From: Amphiscolops sp. MND2022
Taxonomy: Eukaryota
Length of the DNA stretch: 64,000 nt
Direction of reading: 5' to 3'
Assembly (NCBI GenBank): GCA_964187785.1
Contig: OZ076409.1
Location: 2,108,001-2,172,000 of the forward strand
In this document: piece after piece, positions 13,941-28,137 of the stretch
Layout of the letters: the number at the start of each line of letters is the position of its first letter
Position numbering within the stretch: position 1 is the stretch's first letter
The notes under the pieces: model-generated
Told to the model about the DNA's origin: nothing
The model's database searches: none
What the model saw: the letters and a program-made list of their open reading frames with translations, nothing else
Program-made: the position numbers and the translations under genes

Positions 13941-16900
13941 ATCGGGAAAAATATTCTCTTCTAAAGTACCCGCATGAGGAAAAAATTGAAAAAAAACCGA
14001 TTTTCTCTTCGATTTTTTTCATTTTTTTTTGGTTTCCGGTAAGTCGCATAGTGCCGAAAAATGTAAAAATGGACCCAAAAAAGCCTAATTAACCTCTATC
14101 TCAAGTGCCAGTAGAAGTAGTGTGGCATTTAGTGTTTGTTCAAGTCAGCATATAAAGCTTAAAAAATCTGTCACTTCGTTGGTCTTGAAAAAAAGTGTGA
14201 GGTAAGGAAAAGCAGTCTATGTGCTCGGGGTGTTAGAAATTTGGTGGGACGATTTGACTTGTAACAGAACAGAAACAAGTTAGATCGATCAATCAGCCTA
14301 ACCGGATTCGAAATCTGTGGAAAAAGGATCAAAATTGCCTTGTAATAGGATTTGCCTCAAATGCTTTTGCAACGAATGTTTATTTTAGTGTTTTCCATGG
14401 ATTTCAAGATTGTTTGTTAACATTACAAAAATGTTCAAAAAAAACTGTTCTTACCAGATCCAGAGTTTTTTTGAAAATTTTTCAGCAAAATTGGTCCAAA
14501 AAGGCGGGAGGCGGAAATTTCGTCGCATTAAAGGCCATTCCTAGGTTTTAAGGAAAGTTTGCGGTTCGTTTTTATTCTATGAAGTCACGTTGTATTCTTG
14601 ATTAGGAAATCAACCGCTTCCTTCCTTTTTTAGTCACAAAAGTTTGAATATAGTCATAGTCAAAATGTTCGAAAAAGGTTTCGTTCAAACGTAAAACTAT
14701 TCCAAAAAATTTCACTTTTGATTAGGCCAGTTTGAAAAACATTCAATTTTTTTCAAACATTTTGATGGTGGGGAGTTTGAAAACAGCCAAATAGGCAAAC
14801 AATCGTTCTTGAATTAGATGAAAATAGCCAGAACACTTTAGCTTTTTTCTGGTTTCATTCACAATACACTGAAACTTTCGTTTCGTAAATGGGTGACCAA
14901 ATATGTAGGCCCGTCTCAAAGAGAATACTAACCGTGACAAGATAACATTTTGATTTGTTAGCAGAGATAATTTGAAGTTGCTAAGCGGGAGAAATTGCCT
15001 CTCTCGCTTTTCTCGCAGGCTAAACGTTTTTCATTGAAGCGTTCAAAGCTATGAGTCATCAAACATTACAATGAATTGCATAATCAAGTTTGATACTGAA
15101 TTGATTCAATGGAACATCATTCTCTGAAACTTCTAATCTTACATCTTGATTTGAAAATGACGTAAACTTGAAGCAGGCGATCAACCTAAGGCTCAGAGCG
15201 CTCTAAAAATATCAAAAAAGGAATCACTTAAGCATAAAAAAGTTTTTTTGACTTTTTTTTAAAATTTTGAAAATTTATTGAAACAATATATCTGAAAAAT
15301 GTTCATCATTGTAACAAATTTGCAAAATCTGCAATTCTTGTACAAAGCCCAATAATGCATAAATAATCACGAACATAAGTTATAATTAATTATTAGCTTA
15401 CACTTTCTTTAAATCACTAGATCAATTGACATATGCTGAACCAGTAGTTTCAAATGCGTTTGATATGCAGATTGAACAGAAAAGCACAAGACACGTGTTA
15501 CTTTCCAGAGCGTTCACGTTTGTTTTGTTTTTCGGTTCAGCTGTGATTTGCAGGGTCGTTTTGCTTGTGCACTTCAACATTTTTTTTAACTGACAATTTT
15601 GAAAAAAGATCTATACGTGGGGCCAAGAAAACAGATCTGAAAACTCATAAACAAAACGGTTTTTTTCAAATTTTCTAGATCTACAAAAGAATTGCAGTAG
15701 TAAGGGGGAATCTAAAGGTCCGAACTTTTGATTGCTTTTAGATATAATGTCAAAATTCGGATATAGAGCAATGATTTCGATCCCTTGCTTCATGTTTAGT
15801 AAAATGCCATTTACTTCATAAATAACGTCAAAAGTTTGGATATAGCGTGCTGAGACAAATGGGAGCGCCTTTTTCAGACGAGAAATGAGAATTTGAGCAG
15901 TCTCATGGTGCCGAAAAAGGTTTTAAATGTTTGGGATCAATTAACATCCATTCTGTTGCCAAATATCAAAACAAATAAAAGGGGCCTGGAGTCGTTCAAA
16001 AAATTTCGAAAAAATGTCTCACAGCGCCGAAAAAGGAACAACTCGAAAGGGGGACCATTCAGTCTCGTCCGAAATTTAATGTTCCGTAAAAAAATAAGTA
16101 TAGGTCAGTTCCCTGGACCAAATGGTACAATTTGGCGCCTTAAAATTTTATAGAACTTTCGGTAGAACTTTTTTGGTCAGTTCGTGTGGATTGAGTCACT
16201 GTTATAGTCGTGTCTCACTAAAATGCAACTTGCAGATCCTTTGTCTTTAGCTGCTCGGTTCTCCAATGTAACGCTTTTAAAGTTGTCAACTAATACACCA
16301 TTGACAATGAAAAACAATAAAAAGCAGTTTACTATTTGAGTTTTCGTGTCGCGTCGTTGTTTTCAAAAACTGGTGTATGAGATGCTTTTAATCACATTTG
16401 CAAGTGAAACTAATACGCCATTGACAATAAAAAGCAGTTTACTATTTGAGTTTTTGTGTCGCGTTGTTGTGCCGAGGTCTCAGCCGCATGACTACATGCG
16501 TGCGATTCCCTCAGTGAAATCCCACAAGAAGCGGATATTTCGACTGTGCTGTACTGAAGAAAATGCGTTCAACTGGTCCCTTGTTCCGCCAAGTTCAATG
16601 CGTTGTTCAGCAATATCGGTTCTCTTGACTAAGTGTGGTCCCAAGCGATTTCTCCTTACTAAGTGTGGTCCCTGCATAGTTTGTCGGAATTTTATTAGGT
16701 CGTCAGCTATGTTCACTTACCCCTAGTGCCCTAAATGCAGGAGCGAAGCGAAGCGGAGCGACGTGCCAATGGCCATGCCTCAATGTTGCTACCTGGCGAA
16801 GCGACCGAGCCTTACAACAAATATGCTAACCTTTTCAAGGGACCACATTTCGTCAGGAGTTTTCAGGCCGGCTGCTTAAGTTTTGTAGGGACCACACTCT

Positions 16901-16955
16901 TAGTCAGGAGTGCCGCAATATCTTAGCCAATCAGCTTCAAATAACCATGAATGTA

Positions 16956-17603
16956 TAGTAGTGATATTATTAAAAGCAACAAAGCAAGCGGAAAGAGTGC
17001 AAATAAACAAATCTCATTGGCTAAATGACGTCTCAGACTCTCATTTCATTGGCCGAGAGCGATTTCCAAAACATCTCTTTTTAGTTTTTCAAATTTTTGA
17101 CCCACTTACAAAGTTTTGATTTCAAAAGAATTTTGACAGAAAAATTCTCCCAAACATTTTGAATCTGACAATATATTTTTTTCTCGAAAATATTGTAAAT
17201 TGTATTAGTACGAGCTTGTTTTATATGGTTATATTTCAAAATCGTATCTTAATACATGTATTTTCGAAAAAGCTTGATTTTGCAACCTATTTTCTTTGAG
17301 ACTTTAGAATGATTTCTCAATCAAAACATATCAGTTAAATCAGGGGGGGGTCAATTGAACATAAAATGTTTCAAAAATTTTGAGCAAAAGTATATCAAAC
17401 CTCAATTTTGGCCTAAATTTGGCTAAAAATGGCTTATCGTAACTTCTACAATTTTCATCGCATAATCTTCAAACAAACATATTTGTAAACTAAATAAAAA
17501 TCGAAGAAACTTTCATTTTTATCATTTTTCAAAAATCACTGCTGTTATAGAGATATTTGATTTTGAGATTTGCCTTTTGTTGCTTTCAATAATATCACTA
17601 CTG
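16956..17603. mobile_element. Tc1/mariner-type MITE
   Basis: TIR AGTAGTGATATTATTAAAAGCAAC / GTTGCTTTCAATAATATCACTACTG flanked by TA; related to 56874-57889. Confidence 0.7.
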
Positions 17604-17718
17604 TAGTTAGCAGGACGGTAAGTCCATTCGTTCTGAACTTCTTTTATACTATGCTCATCAAAGCAGTTGAAAACTTCATAATGCCGCATATGCATATTTT
17701 TATAGTTTAACCAATGTA

Positions 17719-18283
17719 CAGTAGCGTTCTAAAATATCGCACCTCCAATGCTTGAAATTGCAAATTTTAAATCCAAATTTCTTGAAAACTGTCACAAATA
17801 CGAAAAAGTGTCAGCCAGGAAAGTTTCTTAGAATTTTATTTAGTTTAGAAAAATGTTTGTTTGAATTTCTGCGACAAAAATTACAAAAGTTAGAAATTGG
17901 AAATTTTGACAAAATCTAATCAAATTTGTATTTTTTCTGAATTTTCACAAAGTGTGAAAAAGATTTTTGAAAAATTTTCAGTCAATCATTTGCCCCCACA
18001 TCTCCTGAGGATGCTGATATAATTTGATCGAAAAACTTTTTCGATTTCAAATAAAAATCATCAATTTTCTAAATACAATTCCTATAGCCTATTTTAATAC
18101 ATGTACTTCAGTGCTCATAGACACAAAATATAGTGTATTTTTTCTGATTCGAAAAAAATTCTCGATCAAAACAATTCACTAGGTTCGGGAGATTATATCA
18201 AGTTTCCCAATGGAAAAAAATACAAAAAAAATTCTGTTACTCCATTTTATGCTATGAGGTTGCGTTATTTTAGAACGCTACTG
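17719..18283. mobile_element. Tc1/mariner-type MITE
   Basis: TIR CAGTAGCGTTCTAAAATA / TATTTTAGAACGCTACTG with TA on both sides. Confidence 0.8.
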
Positions 18284-19020
18284 TATAATTTGTCGCATAA
18301 TGAAAGGAGTTATTTCACCCCGCTTTTAGTAGTGCTACTTTAGACGTAATCGTCACTATGACGTTTTGATGAGGCAATCATGTGTTGTACTCTCAAAAAC
18401 AGAGGATTTGTACTTAAAATAGGATTGCATCTTTGTATCTAAATTGAAAAAAGAACTCAAAGTGGCATAACAGATTTACATCTTCAGTTTGTTTTGTTCA
18501 CCAACAACTAGCATCTTTTGTCTTTGTCTGAAATTCCGTGGGGATGATGATTGGCTGAACCGTACGACATCGGGTTCCGTTTTTGTTGTATAAAGACACG
18601 CGTTTTCTGGAATGTCATCCTAGATTACCTACATTTACGCGAATTATGTTCCAATTGGGGATTATGGTTCAATTGGGAATTATGGTTCTTTGTTGATATA
18701 GTACAAACCAGTTGCATATGCCTTTGATATTACCACGCTCGTTCTTCTTTGCTGAAGCAAAACTCAGTGTACGTTAAAATCATAGAAAAAGTCAGTTCTC
18801 TAGTAGAACGAACGCCACGTTCACAATGCCATCTACTAGGAAACAGAAAGCGAATGCAAGGAAGTATCGTCGATCTGGCGTATTGTCCGATTTAGAAGAA
18901 ATTAATGTCATGCTAAGAAAAAACAGAGTGAAGGAGTGAATGAAGGGAATTCCTCAGCAAGAGGATCAGAAACGGACTTGTTGTCCAATCACCCTCACAA
19001 CGGAAGAACATCGAACAATG

Positions 19021-19380
19021 AACAAGACGCCCGCTTAGCACCGCGATCTTTTCCGCCTTCTTAGTTGACTATTTTAGTTACTTGACTATTTTAGTTACTT
19101 GACTATTTTAATTACTAGTACTAAACTATATTAAATACTTGACTATTTTAGTTACTTGACTATTTTAGTTACTTGATTATTTTAGTTACTTGACTATTTT
19201 AATTACTAGTACTAAACTACTATTAAGTACTTGACTATTTCATTTCTTTGACTATTTAAAGTACTAGAAACTAAAATAGTCAAGTAGTTGATGGAGAGCG
19301 TGGGGATTTGGTAAAAATTTGGAAACAAAACGCAACAGAGATTGAGATTTTTCTCCCCCATTATATGTGAGCGGAAAATA
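19021..19380 (-). mobile_element. HINE-like repeat, family E copy with internal 17-bp minisatellite (TTGACTATTTTAGTTAC)n
   Basis: Same termini as 3373-3690; tandem 17-mers at 19066-19260. Confidence 0.6.
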
Positions 19381-20826
19381 TCAAATAAGTGTGAAAAAGT
19401 GGTTAACGTGTGGGTCTTTCTGCGAGGTGAGTAGGGCTGTAAAGCAAACAGACATGGGTTCAATACTCTCTATAACTCTCATGTTTGCAAAAGTAGACGA
19501 GACCGAAAGGACGAGATTCTTTGGCTTTCTCTGCAATTGAGGAGAAATATTTTTTGAATTTTCGAAAAAAATTGAAGTTTTCCGGTGAGTCGCATAGTGC
19601 CAAAAACCATCAAGGAGTCCTGTATGCTCGCAAAACGTTTCGTTTCTGGTAAAAATTAAGGGGGGCTTTAATGTCGAAACGGGGATCAATAGGGCTTTTT
19701 AAAAATCGAATTGGTTGCGAAATATCAGAAAAATTGAAGGGGTTCTTCTGTAGACATTAAAAAATTCAAAACAAAAGTCTCACAAAGTTGAAATAACCAA
19801 CCCTAAAATTTTGGCCAAGTACGAGACTCGAACCCTTTCTTGTTCTTCTCAGACTTCAGTTCAAAATCTGATTAACTACTGTGCCAAGTGGCAGTAGATG
19901 TTACAAGTTACTAAGCAACAGCTTATAAAACTTCTGTTAAAAAACAGCTTATCTGTCAGTTCGTTGGTACTAACCATTCCAGAAAAAGCGCCGACTAGAA
20001 AACAGGTATACGTTCGAGTCCTGCCAAGATCAAATGTTTCCAAACAGAACTATACTAAAAGTGTCTTCTTATAAAACACATTCAGTGAGAAAACTTTTTA
20101 AATGTAATGTTCATGTGTAGAACATGCCGTTTGTTAAGATTTTCTTGAATGTAGACTTAATCAGTTGCGGTTTTTGGAAAGTTTTCAGAGTAAACTTTCC
20201 TTATTCGTTTACCGTTTAAAATGTGGTACAAGTCGGCTATAACGTGAAAGTTTGGACAACATTGGGTTTAAACTTTTTACGAAATATGGTCAAAGTCAGT
20301 ACGGATAGTATTATGATTGTTCAAGAACTTTTCAGTCGGCGTCGTACGAAATGAGACGCGACTATTATTATAGCAATTTTTGGTCGTGTTTTCTTCCATT
20401 TTTTCAATCCAGTCGAAGTGAATAATAAAATTCTACAAATTTCCGTATTGATTGAGAGGGTCTATCCATTTTTTGACACGTATTGGAGAATTTCAATTGA
20501 CACTTCGATGCAAAATGAAACTTTAGTTGAAATAATGTCGAACGTTGTGTGCATTTTCCGGTGTCTAAATATCCACAGATTTGAGTCCAGATTAATTTGC
20601 TATTTGCCATGCTTTTTCTATTAAGTTTTTCGAAATGATAATGCCTGTAGTGAACCAAAAAAAACTACAGAATTTTCGATTATGTCCTCATGATCCAATT
20701 TCGAGATCTGTACAGAGACATCCATTTAGTAGAAGTAACCCGTAGCTTTTTCTTTGTGAATCCATTGTTTCTAAGAATGCTGCAACCTCCGATTCTTCCT
20801 AACATTGTCTTGAAACAGGATAAGAA

Positions 20827-21244
20827 AACAACCCGGGACAGGCCCAAGTCGGCGCCATGCCTAAGGCTCAAAAATAGCAGAAGGAATTCAAAGTGTCAAA
20901 GTATTCTCTTCTACAGTACCTGAAAAACCCAAAAAGTTTGGCGCATTTTTAACATCCATTGTTGCGAAACATCAAAAAATTGACGGGGGACCTTTTGGTG
21001 AAACAAAAATTCGGAAGTCTCACAGTGCCGGAAAAAAAACTGAAAGGGGCACCATTTAGTCTCTCCCGGTATTGTATGTTACACGGAAAAAGAAACCTTT
21101 TTGGTTGTTCGCTAGGCCAAATAATTGAGTTTGGGACCACAAAATTTCGTAGAACTTTTAAGAACTATTTTGGTCAGTTTGTGTGGATTGAAAAAAAGTC
21201 ACTATAATAGTCGCGTTTCACTTCATGAACCGCCGACTAAAAAA
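20827..21244 (-). mobile_element. HINE-like family A copy
   Basis: ACAACCCGGGAC...AAGTCGGCGCC ... CGCCGACTAAAAAA. Confidence 0.65.
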
Positions 21245-21818
21245 CACCAGTGTGACTGCTTCTTCCAATGTTTTGGATTTGTTTCTCGAGCTTCATTTGA
21301 GATCAGGAAAAGTTGGAGCTTCCTTTTCATGTCATCTTTGACAGTTGCCGTTTACCAAATTTTATTTGTGTTGTGGGGAAAAGTCTAGTGAAATTCACTT
21401 GGCATGAGATGTAAATGGTCAGACCCATCCATTGAAATCCGGACCGGAGCTAGAAGGAAAGTGAAGAAGGATTTAAAATACTGTCTTAAATTTAAAAATC
21501 AATTTCCGGAAGTTTTTTGAGCTTCCGTGCTGAAAAGTGAAGTCAAATTCTAATTTAGTTTTTTTGCGATTTTTTTTTCAAGTAGTACCTCAAATTCAAC
21601 TCAATCCGGGTTTTCTGTTTCTGCAAGCATACAAAAGTGAGCAAAACTCTTCGGCAGTAGTACAATGATTGAAAATTACACCATATTTAGTCACGCTTCC
21701 GGTGGAGAAGTTGGGAAAACATGCAAAAACTTGAATTCCAAATCACTACTCGATAATTTACTATCGCCGACAATCACACTAAAAGCTATCAAACCATGAA
21801 ATAATAATTAGTTTCAGA

Positions 21819-21824
21819 TTTATT
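21819..21824 (-). terminator. Candidate poly(A) signal of furry (AATAAA)
   Basis: AATAAA on minus about 270 nt downstream of the predicted stop codon. Confidence 0.35.
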
Positions 21825-22089
21825 ATCAGAAATTTCATCATCTTCGTTTTCCCTTTCCAATTCCCTACAAAATGGAAATTTCTTCCTCAAAATGACAAAT
21901 ATTGAGGAGAAAACAGTAACTCTGTTCGACTCCAACGTTTGTATATATTGTATTGTAAAGTATATATTGTTTGAGTATAGTAAGATGCTTTCCGAGCATA
22001 TAACGCAATTTCGGAAGAAACCGTTTCGTCAATGGGAAGGGGAAAACGGGAGAAAATAAGGAATCAGAAGAATTGGTGGATTGGAAGAA

Positions 22090-22230
22090 TCAGAGATAAG
22101 AGACGACTGAGTTTGAGCGACAGCTGCTCATTGGCTGCTGCTGCTGAGGCGTTTCGGACGATGACCTTTCGGCGACCAGTGAGTTGGTGTTGGAGTTCTC
22201 GTGTTGGGTGCTCACTTCGCCGACTTCGAC
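22090..22230 (-). CDS. fry: furry terminal coding exon
   Basis: TCTTTCAG acceptor, phase 0, VEVGEVST...SVVSYL*. Confidence 0.7.
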   Translation of the reverse strand, partial: VEVGEVSTQHENSNTNSLVAERSSSETPQQQQPMSSCRSNSVVSYL

Positions 22231-25200
22231 CTGAAAGACACACAACAACACCAGTTAATATATCACATGAAACCCCCCCCCCCCCCCTCAAAAATGCAGC
22301 GAAGGCGAGGAGGCAGTTTTTGTTTTTCAGTTCCAACTTTCAGACGAAATGTCAAACGTGAGTAGTTAAGATTTCGGCCGGCCTTTCAACGGGGGGGGTC
22401 CTCGGTTTTCACGGGGTGGGTCCTTGCTCTGAAATTTTAGGACCTATCCCTAAAAGGAAGGGGTCCTTCCAAATTGGTGTTCGGAATTGATTCGGCTTTT
22501 GACTACGAAAGTAAATTATTGGTCGGATTCTTTTTGTATTCGTTTTTGGAATCGGATTTTTGCGAAAGTACATGTAAAAGCGTAGACATTCTTGTTTATT
22601 CTTTGAATGTCTGAAATTTGGAAAGTACTAACCTTGAAATTTTGTTGTAATTGAATTGTAAAGCTGGATTGACTAATACTGCTAAAACTTTCTTGTAAAT
22701 AAAGGCAGTGGTATTTCCAACTTTCTTATCTGTATGTACGCTTTATATGCGTTTCTCCAAATGTAGTGGTGGCGGTGTTCTTATTTCTACCTGGAAATTA
22801 TCACTTGAAATAGTTGTTTTCCACGAAAATATTTCGAAAATATGTGAAATTATAAAGTTCATGTAGGAAAAGCATAGACATTCTTACTATTTGCTTGAAT
22901 GTCTTAAATGTTTGCAAGAACTAACCTTGACATTTTGGTGTAAGTCGAATCTGAGCGGTGGTGGAATAACTAACACTTTCAAGTTCGAACAAGCTGTACA
23001 AAACTTTCCAAACATGGTATCAACTATTGAAAGGTATTATTCCTTATTTGCAACGGTGGTTAGCTTGGAGGAATGTTAATATTACAATCAATGTCAGCAA
23101 GTGTTGTTTGGTAGTTGGAAAGAGCTCTACTTGACTGAAATACTGGCTGTAAAATTTTCTTCAATTCCTTCCAAATTTAGCAAAGGTCTAATTTTGATGT
23201 TTCACCAAAACGGTGTTACTTCTTTTCTTCGCCTTAATTGCAACTGGTATTTCTCATTGTGAAACACTTGTTAAAAGGAAGCATTTGCGAACATTCACCA
23301 GTTTATGGGTAAATACGATTTTACTTTACGATATTGGTATTACTAATTGTCATTTTTCAAGCAAAGAATTCTATAAAAATGGTACTAAATTTTGTCATCA
23401 AAGTCCGTAGCTGAAATCAATGAATCATACTTCAAATATGTTGAAAACTGGCAGTTTCTAAGGTAAGTGTGATTTCTTTTGAAGTTATATCAACAATGAA
23501 AAAAAGGTTAGATCATTTTTCAAACCAAAACCAAATAAATACAAAACCTGCATTATCAACAAAATTGTATCAAGTCATTAGTTTTTGTTGAACAACTGCA
23601 TAGTATACTTGATCAACCCATATTCGCTCTGCATTTTTGTTGTTAGATCGAAGCATAGGTCCCGTATTGCGTTTTGATATCGATCAACGGCATCTCCGTC
23701 AACATAATACTGTAACGGAGAGACTATGCTCGGAGAATTGAACCGTGGTATGACAAAAATCCATTTGTCCTTGATAGTTGGTAGACGGAGTGAAAATTCA
23801 GTTTGTTCCGACAAAACTACCTTCCAAAGACAGACATTGCATTTAACCATTTCTTGAAAATATTTTATGTAGAAGTCCGGGGACCCACATAAGAAAACTA
23901 TATAAAACCAGAAACAAATGGTAACCAGTTTAATGTTTTTATGAAAGGAACTAGGAAAATTGCTAATGTTTCATTCCGGTTGTATTTTTTACTGAAACCG
24001 TTGTAAATAATCATAGTGGGAAAATTTCAAGCTTGTTAACCTCAATCCTTGCTCAACGAGTGTTGTTTCGATCTGATTTTTTCCTGCTCCAAGAGTTGTT
24101 GGTTTTACATTTATAGCTTCCATTGCTCCTTGCACAATAGTCAATTGATCATTTTTCATATGAGAACCAAACATTTTGGTGTTATAGTCATTGAATTTGC
24201 TCTTTTGTGATTTTTTTTTGGTTCTAATTCCAAAGGTTAAGTGATTTGAATGAAGAAATGAAAGAACCGAGTGAATTGTTTTTTTTAGTAAAGTTTCTTT
24301 GAATCTCTTCTTTGTCAAAATTCTCCTTGAATGAATATCAATGTTTCGCTCACGCCCTGGGGAAAAGCTTACCTTCAAACTCTGGATATACTGAATTACT
24401 TGTATATTGTCTTTTATGGTAGTCCAGCCGCCAAGTTTTCCTGGGAAAATTTACACACCTTTATTCAGCTAGCCTCTTTCAATTGTAGTTACCTGATTAA
24501 TCATTTCAACCCTCGATTATTTAGGGTCTGAGTCATTTTGAGTTTTGTTCAATCAATCCTCCTTTAAAGAAGGGAAATGCTATTTTCCTTTGAAAAAAAT
24601 GAAAATTTTAGGAGACCTCCGTTTTCAAAATTCATTTTTCCAAAATCGTCTTGCGCATCTACACACCAATTTTGAGCTCGATCGGACCAGCCGTTTTCGA
24701 GAAAAAATGACCTTTTTTGCTAAAAATCGACCAATTTGAAAAATGTGAATCGGATCAATTATCTTGACATTGGAGGTTGCCAGAGTCCAACGGACGGTAC
24801 CAATCGATTCGGCGCACTCTTTACTGCAAAAAGGTGTTATTTTTAAGGTTTCATCTTTTTTATTTCTTGAAAAATGATCCATTTTTTCATGAAAAAGTGT
24901 CAAAAAGTTGTTTTAAAAATTGTCCATTTTCTCGTAAACTACGCGACTTTTGTTATTCACTCTTATAGTCAAGACTTGTGAAATTTTCCAAAGTTGACTC
25001 TTTGAGAATGTTAATTTCACACCAAAACGTTTCTACTTTACATTGTTTTTCCTCTCTTTGAGGGGAGGGCCTTGGTAATTTTCTTTGAAAAAATGAATAT
25101 TTTATGGACCCTCCCTTTTCAAAATTCATTTTTCCAAAATCGTCTCGCGCATCTACACACCAATTTTGAGCTCGATCGGACCAGCCGTTTTCGAGAAAAA

Positions 25201-28089
25201 TGACCTTTTTTGCTAAAAATCGACCATTTTGAAAAATGTAAATCGGATCAATTATCTTGACATTGGAGGTTGCCAGAGTCCAACGGACGGTACCAATCGA
25301 TTCGGCGCACTCTTTACTGCAAAAAGGTGTTATTTTTAAGATTCCATCTTTTTTATTTCTTGAAAAATGATCCATTTTTTCATGAAAAAGTGACAAAAAG
25401 TTGTTTTAAAAATTGTCCATTTTCTCGTAAACTACGCGACTTTTGTTATTCACTCCTATAGTCAAGACATGTGTAATTTTCCAAAGTTGACTCTTTGAGA
25501 ATGTTAATTTCACACCAAAACGTTTCTACTTTACATTGTTTTTCCTCTCTTTGAGGGGAGGGCCTTGGCAATTTTCTTTGAAAAAATGAATATTTTATGG
25601 ACCCTCCCTTTTCAAAATTCATTTTTCCAAAATCGTCTCGCGCATCTACACACCAATTTTGAGCTCGATCGGACCAGCCGTTTTCGAGAAAAATGACCTT
25701 TTTTGCTAAAAATCGACCATTTTGAAAAATGTTAATCGGGTCATATATCTCGACATTGGAGGTTGCCAGAGTCCAACGGACGGTACCAATCGATTCGGCG
25801 CACTCTTTACTGCAAAAAGGTGTTATTTTTAAGATTCCATCTTTTTTATTTCTTGAAAAATGATCCATTTTTTCATGAAAAAGTGACAAAAAGTTGTTTT
25901 AAAAATTGTCCATTTTCTCGTAAACTACGCGACTTTTGTTATTCACTCCTATAGTCAAGACTTGTGTAATTTTCCAAAGTTGACTCTTTGAGAATGTTAA
26001 TTTCACACCAAAACGTTTCTACTTTACATTGTTTTCCCTCTCTTTGAGGGGAGGGCCTTGGCAATTTTCTTTGAAAAAATGAATATTTTATGGACCCTCC
26101 CTTTTCAAAATTCATTTTTCCAAAATCGTCTCGCGCATCTACACACCAATTTTGAGCTCGATCGGACCAGCCGTTTTCGAGAAAAATGACCTTTTTTGCT
26201 AAAAATCGACCATTTTGAAAAATGTTAATCGGGTCAATTATCTCGACATTGGAGGTTGTCAGAGTCCAACGGACGGTACCAATCGATTCGGCGCGCTCTT
26301 TACTGTAAAAAGGTGTTATTTTTAAGGTTCCATCTTTTTTATTTCTTGAAAAATGATCCATTTTTTCATGAAAAAGTAACAAAAAGTTGTTTTAAAAATT
26401 GTCCATTTTCTCGTAAACTACGCAACTTTTGTTATTCACTCCTATAGTCAAGACTTGTGAAATTTTCCAAAGTTGACTCTTTGAGAATGTTAATTTCACA
26501 CCAAAACGTTTCTACTTTACATTGTTTTTCCTCTCTTTGAGGGGAGGGCCTTGGCAATTTTCTTTGAAAAAATGAATATTTTATGGACCCTCCCTTTTCA
26601 AAATTCATTTTTCCAAAATCGTCTCGCGCATCTACACACCAATTTTGAGCTCGATCGGACCAGCCGTTTTCGAGAAAAATGACCTTTTTTGCTAAAAATC
26701 GACCATTTTGAAAAATGTAAATCGGATCAATTATCTTGACATTGGAGGTTGCCAGAGTCCAACGGACGGTACCAATCGATTCGGCGCACTCTTTACTGCA
26801 AAAAGGTGTTATTTTTAAGGTTTCATCTTTTTTATTTCTTGAAAAATGATCCATTTTTTCATGAAAAAGTGTCAAAAAGTTGTTTGAAAAATTGTCCATT
26901 TTCTCGTAAACTACGCGACTTTTGTTATTCACTCCTATAGTCAAGACTTGTTTAATTTTCCAAAGTTGACTCTTTGAGAATGTTAAGTTCACACCAAAAC
27001 GTTTCTACTTTACATTGTTTTTCCTCTCTTTGAGGGGAGGGCCTTGGCAATTTTCTTTGAAAAAATGAATATTTTATGGACCCCCCCTTTTCAAAATTCA
27101 TTTTTCCAAAATCGTCTCGCGCATCTACACACCAATTTTGAGCTCGATCGGACCAGCCGTTTTCGAGAAAAATGACCTTTTTTGCTAAAAATCGACCATT
27201 TTGAAAAATGTTAATCGGGTCAATTATCTCGACATTGGAGGTTGCCAGAGTCCAACGGACGGTACCAATCGATTCGGCGCACTCTTTACTGCAAAAAGGT
27301 GTTATTTTTAAGGTTTCATCATTTTTATTTCTTGAAAAATGATCCATTTTTTCATGAAAAAGTGGCAAAAAGTTGTTTTAAAAATTGTCCATTTTCTCGT
27401 AAACTACGCGACTTTTGTTATTCACTCCTATAGTCAAGACTTGTGAAATTTTCCAAAGTTGACTCTTTGAGAATGTTAATTTCACACCAAAACGTTTCTA
27501 CTTTACATTGTTTTTCCTCTCTTTGAGGGGAGGGCCTTGGCAATTTTCTTTGAAAAAATGAATATTTTATGGACCCCCCCCCCTTTTCAAAATTAATTTT
27601 TCCAAAATCGTCTCGCGCATCTACACAGCAATTTTGAGCTCGATCGGACCAGCCGTTTTTGAGAAAAATGACCTTTTTTGCTAAAAATCGACCATTTTGA
27701 AAAATGTAAATCGGGTCAATTATCTCGACATTGGAGGTTGCCAGAGTCCAACGGACGGTACCAATGGATTCGGCGCACTCTTTACTGCAAAAAGGTGTTA
27801 TTTTTAAGGTTCCATCATTTTACTTTCTTGAAGTATGATCAATTTTTTCATGAAAATGTGATAAAAAGTGGGTTTTAAAAAGTGTCCTTTTCTCATAAAC
27901 TACGTGCTTTTTGATATTTACTTTTATGGTCACGACTTATAAAAGTTTTAAGAGATATCAATAGGAGCGAAAGTAGAGGGAGAGAGAGAGGAGCTAAGAT
28001 AGAATGTGGAGCGAAGATAACGAAAGAGAAAGATAGGAGCGAAAATAGAAGAAGATAGTGAGAGGAAGAGGAGCGAAAAGAGAGAGACA

Positions 28090-28137
<48 letters not shown>

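Noticed and set aside
24555..27950. Repeated 147-aa and 63-aa ORFs, or a CRISPR-like array
   Set aside because: The ORFs are by-products of the 493-bp unit (non-ATG starts, no motifs). Units are near-identical along their whole length with no unique spacers, and there are no cas genes.
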